This document shows, one piece after another, positions 60,492 to 64,000 of a stretch of 64,000 nucleotides of DNA. Each line of letters begins with the position of its first letter. Position 1 is the first letter of the stretch. The position numbers and the translations under genes were made by a program. The DNA lies in NCBI GenBank assembly GCA_028826165.1, contig JAPDFW010000147.1, positions 372,001-436,000 on the forward strand, read 5' to 3'. Origin of the DNA: Anaeramoeba ignava BMAN (lineage: Eukaryota; Protista; Anaeramoebae). The notes below the pieces were generated by a model. It was not told where the DNA came from, made no database searches, and worked only from the letters and a program-made list of their open reading frames with translations.

Positions 60492-63400
60492 TCATTTTAA
60501 ATTCATTTGTTCTTTTAACCAAGGAAAAAATTTCTTTAAAAATTCTAAAATATAATTCCAATCCAAAAATTCATTCGTATTTTCTTCAGGAAATTCAAGT
60601 AAATTCATTTGATTCATAACAAGAATAATATTCTTAAAAAGATCACAAATTTGCTTTTTTGATTCTTCTTCTTTTTCTTTATCAATTAATATTTTTGTAA
60701 TTTGAAGAATTTTAAACCATAAAATATTAAATTGATTTTTTGAAGATGAAACTTGAATAATATTTTGAAGAAAAACCTCCAAAGATAAAGAAAATGCTTG
60801 TTTTTTTGTGATTGCGAAATTTTCTAGTTGATTTTGACTTGAATTAATTAAATCATCCAATAAAGGAAACAGTATTTTTTCAAAGCAAATATACCAAATA
60901 TTTGGAGTGAAAAAAATTGTCTCATTACTTAATAATGTTCTTGAAGTGTATCTTATTGATTCAGTCCGAATATCAATATTTTCATGATGTCCTAATACTC
61001 TAAAATGCTGTAGAAATGGTTCCCAATAAATTGAAAATTCTTTTTCTTTTGATAATTTCATTCTCGAATTATTTCCTTTTGATTTTTGATTCTTGAAATC
61101 TGAAAGCAGAAAAACATGCAAATTATAAATCATTTCAATCGCTTTTATTCTTTGTGAAGCTTGTATATTCTCACTTGTTGCAAATCCATAAAGTGTTGAA
61201 ACAATAACGTCTGTGAAATTTTCTGAATGAATAAAAATCACATTTTTTTCTGTTTTGTTTGCATCTTCATAAATATTGTGCAATATTTTCTTCCCAATAA
61301 TTTCAAATCCAATTTCTGTTGAATCACCATAATTTAAGGACATTTTAATAAGCAGAAAAATAAAATCCCAATCTTTTGAACTTTGAATATTTTTTGAATA
61401 TTTATCAATAATATTTTGGAATCCAATCAAAAATTTTCGATAAATTTTGGATCGAAATGAATCGGGAAGTGTAAATATAATTTTCAAAAAGGAAAGAACA
61501 TCACTCACTAAATTATTGATATCCAGAAGATTTTCACATAGTTTAATTTGGTTTGCCACAAATTCTTTCAAGAAAAAGTTGTGATTTTTGAGAAGAATTG
61601 AAAATTGATAAAAGTAAATTTTTTGTTGAAATCCAAATTGTTTCAATTCTGAATTTGTTTTCTAATAAAATCCTAATAAACATTTCAAACAAAAACACCT
61701 TTTCATTTTCAGAGAGTTGTTGTTGGTTTTCAAAAACCACAGATTGATTTATATTTTGTTTTTCAAACTCAAAATTTTCTTCATCTTTTCCTAAATTTTC
61801 TTTTTCTTTTGATCCAATAATTCTCTTTGTAATTATTCCAAATAATAAAATTAAGTTTTCATTTGAAAGAGATTTTGAACTTTTAAAAATGGTTGATATT
61901 TTGGAATTTTTGATAAAGTTTGCACGAATTTCATCTTCAATTTTTTGTTTTTCTAAAGTATTTTCTGAAAGGATAGAAAAGCCGAGATATTGTGAAAACA
62001 ATCCAAAAATTGATGATTTGTTGGGAATATCGATTGAATTTGAATTTGAATTTGAATTTGAATTTGAATTTGATTTTAAATTTGAATTTGAATTTGAATT
62101 TGATTTTAAATTTGAATTTGAATTTGAATTTGATTTTAAATTTGAATTTGAATTTGAATTTGAATTTAAATTTGAATTTGATTTTGAATTTGAATTTGAA
62201 TTTAAATTTTCTGTTTCTTTTGTTTTTAATTTTTCATCAGTTGTTTTTTTCTCTTGATTTATAACTAAATTTTCTGTTTGTTCAACAAACTCAAAATCTT
62301 CAATAACAACCATTTCTTCAGGTAATAAATTCAATTCAAAAAGAAGTAAAATGGAATTGATAATCATTTCCCAAGTTTCAGGTAAAATGGAATTAATAAG
62401 ATGATTAATAATTTTGAAGTAGTTGATAATAGTATTTTGGTTTGTTTGACTTAATATTTGAAAATTTGAAATTTTAGAAGTATTAAAAATGGATTTTTCA
62501 GCAATAACTTTTAATATATAATTAACTGGTTCTTTCATTTCTAAAAAATGTGAAATGTAGCAAAAAGAATAACAACTTTCTAAATATTTTTCCAATCTTT
62601 GATCTTGTTCACCTTTTTCCAATACTAAAATTTAAAATTTAAAATTTAAAAAATTAAAATTAAATTTTTCTGATTAATAATAATTTTCATACTTATTGAA
62701 ATGAATTTGAGAAAATAATTAATCAGTTTCGCAAAAAGATCTTTGTCATAATCAAATGTTTCTTTGGTTTCAAAAAAATCAAAACAATGGTAATTCATTT
62801 CCCAAATGTTTTCTTCATCAAAAACTGGATATTCTTCTTTTCTTTTTGGTTGAATATTATTCAATAAATTTATCCAATAACTCCAATTAAATCCTTTTGA
62901 ATCAATCAAGACTTGATTTGCAGGATCTGCTCCCATTCTAATTTCACAATTTTGAATAGAATCATACAAATTACTCAACAAATTAGGATCTATATTTTCA
63001 CCATTATTTAAATTTCTGTGATTCTTAATAAATTCCTCTTTTTTCATTTTTCTTTTGATATTTGAACTAAATAAATCAGTGTTAAGCATAATAATAGAAT
63101 AACACAAAACACAAACAACATCTCTTGAAAAAACAATTTGTGAGATATCAGTATCCTGATAAATCTTTGTTGAAAAGGCTTCCAAAATTCTTTCTATAAT
63201 TTGTGATTCTCCAATTAATCTAAAAGTGGATAAAAATGTTCTTGTTGATTGAATAAATGAAAATCCTTTGAAATTAAATGTATCAACAAATTCTGTTAAT
63301 ACTTCTTTGTTTTCTCTTTTGCCAATAAAATCTGTGATAAATTGTTTATTTAGATCTTGGAGAGTTCTAAATAAAATTGCAATTTCTTTTGGTGTTTTTT

Positions 63401-64000
63401 CTTTTGAAATGATATTTTTCTTTTGAAGAAACTTAATTCCTTTATCAAAATCATTTTCTAAAATTAAAGGAGCTTGAAATAATATTTTTTTCAATTCTCT
63501 TCTTTTGGAAAGAAAATCTATATTTAAATTATGATTTTGATTTTGATTTTGATTTAAATTTTGATTTTGATTTTGATTTTGATTTTGATTTTGAAATCTT
63601 TTTGATAATTGTTTAATAATAAATAATAAAGTATCAAAAGCAAGAAATTGAATTTTCGAAATTGATTGTTGATCTTGTTTGATTTTCTAAATTAATTCAA
63701 AAAATTAAATTAAATTAAATTAAATTTTTTTTTTTCTGTTGATAAATTATAAAGAAAACTAACATGAATAAGTAAAGTAAATAAAGTTTCAATAATATTT
63801 GTGCATTGGATATCACTATCATAATTCACAAAAATGTTCTGAAGAAATCCATCTAAAGAAACAACTTCACGAATGAAATTATGAACAAGTTCTATTGCAA
63901 ATACATCTTTTGAATTTTCTAAAATTGCAAGAATAAGATTGAATAAAGTTCCTGTTTGAAGTTTAAGATTTTTCCAAGAATATTGAAACAACAAAAAAAC
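60492..64000 (-). CDS. Large Sec7-domain ARF-GEF (GBF1/GNOM-like), 3' part; 5' end outside the window; 1-nt frameshift ~61561
   Basis: IFVNYDSDIQCTNIIE (HUS box); FLSTFRLIGESQIIERILEAFS and YSIIMLNTDL (Sec7 catalytic motifs); C-terminal HDS-like WYICFEKILFPLL. Short introns near 62630-62690 and 63690-63760. Confidence 0.88.

Noticed and set aside
1-64000. Inteins/Hint domains, transposases, rRNA or tRNA genes
   Set aside because: No recognisable motifs. Small RNAs cannot be fully excluded without tRNAscan or Infernal.
32527-64000. Functional cluster of trafficking/cytoskeleton genes (actin, BEACH, IST1-like, NatB, ARF-GEF)
   Set aside because: Interspersed with unrelated genes in mixed orientation; such families are abundant, so adjacency is likely chance.

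Overview
Extremely AT-rich, intron-containing eukaryotic (protist) DNA. Poly-NQ/NE coding microsatellites, satellite-filled introns and many BTB-domain genes suggest an anaerobic metamonad such as Anaeramoeba (inference, not checked). About 19 protein genes are visible. In order: a 5'-truncated uncharacterised tail-anchored protein; an ankyrin-RhoGEF(DH)-PH gene; a duplicated block of [ankyrin-BTB + choline-transporter-like SLC44/PNS1] plus a third ankyrin-BTB gene; two RCC1-BTB paralogues; a divergent actin; a giant BEACH/WD40 protein; a BTB-BACK-TLDc protein; a small GPI-anchor-like protein; an intronless bacterial-type protein; a divergent IST1-like gene (absent from the ORF track); NAA25; RFC5; and the 3' part of a GBF1-like Sec7 ARF-GEF. 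Most notable: (i) giant ankyrin arrays of 102-bp units, variable mainly at DARPin-type binding positions and fused to BTB domains, a candidate repeat-shuffled Cullin-3 receptor repertoire, with one gene apparently a recombination chimera; (ii) a Trichomonas-like TCATTTT initiator just upstream of nearly every start codon, including two ~70-bp head-to-head promoters; (iii) introns with poly-A rather than polypyrimidine 3' ends; (iv) a probable bacterial HGT gene. No rRNA, tRNA, CRISPR, transposase or intein was recognised. Exon boundaries were read by eye.
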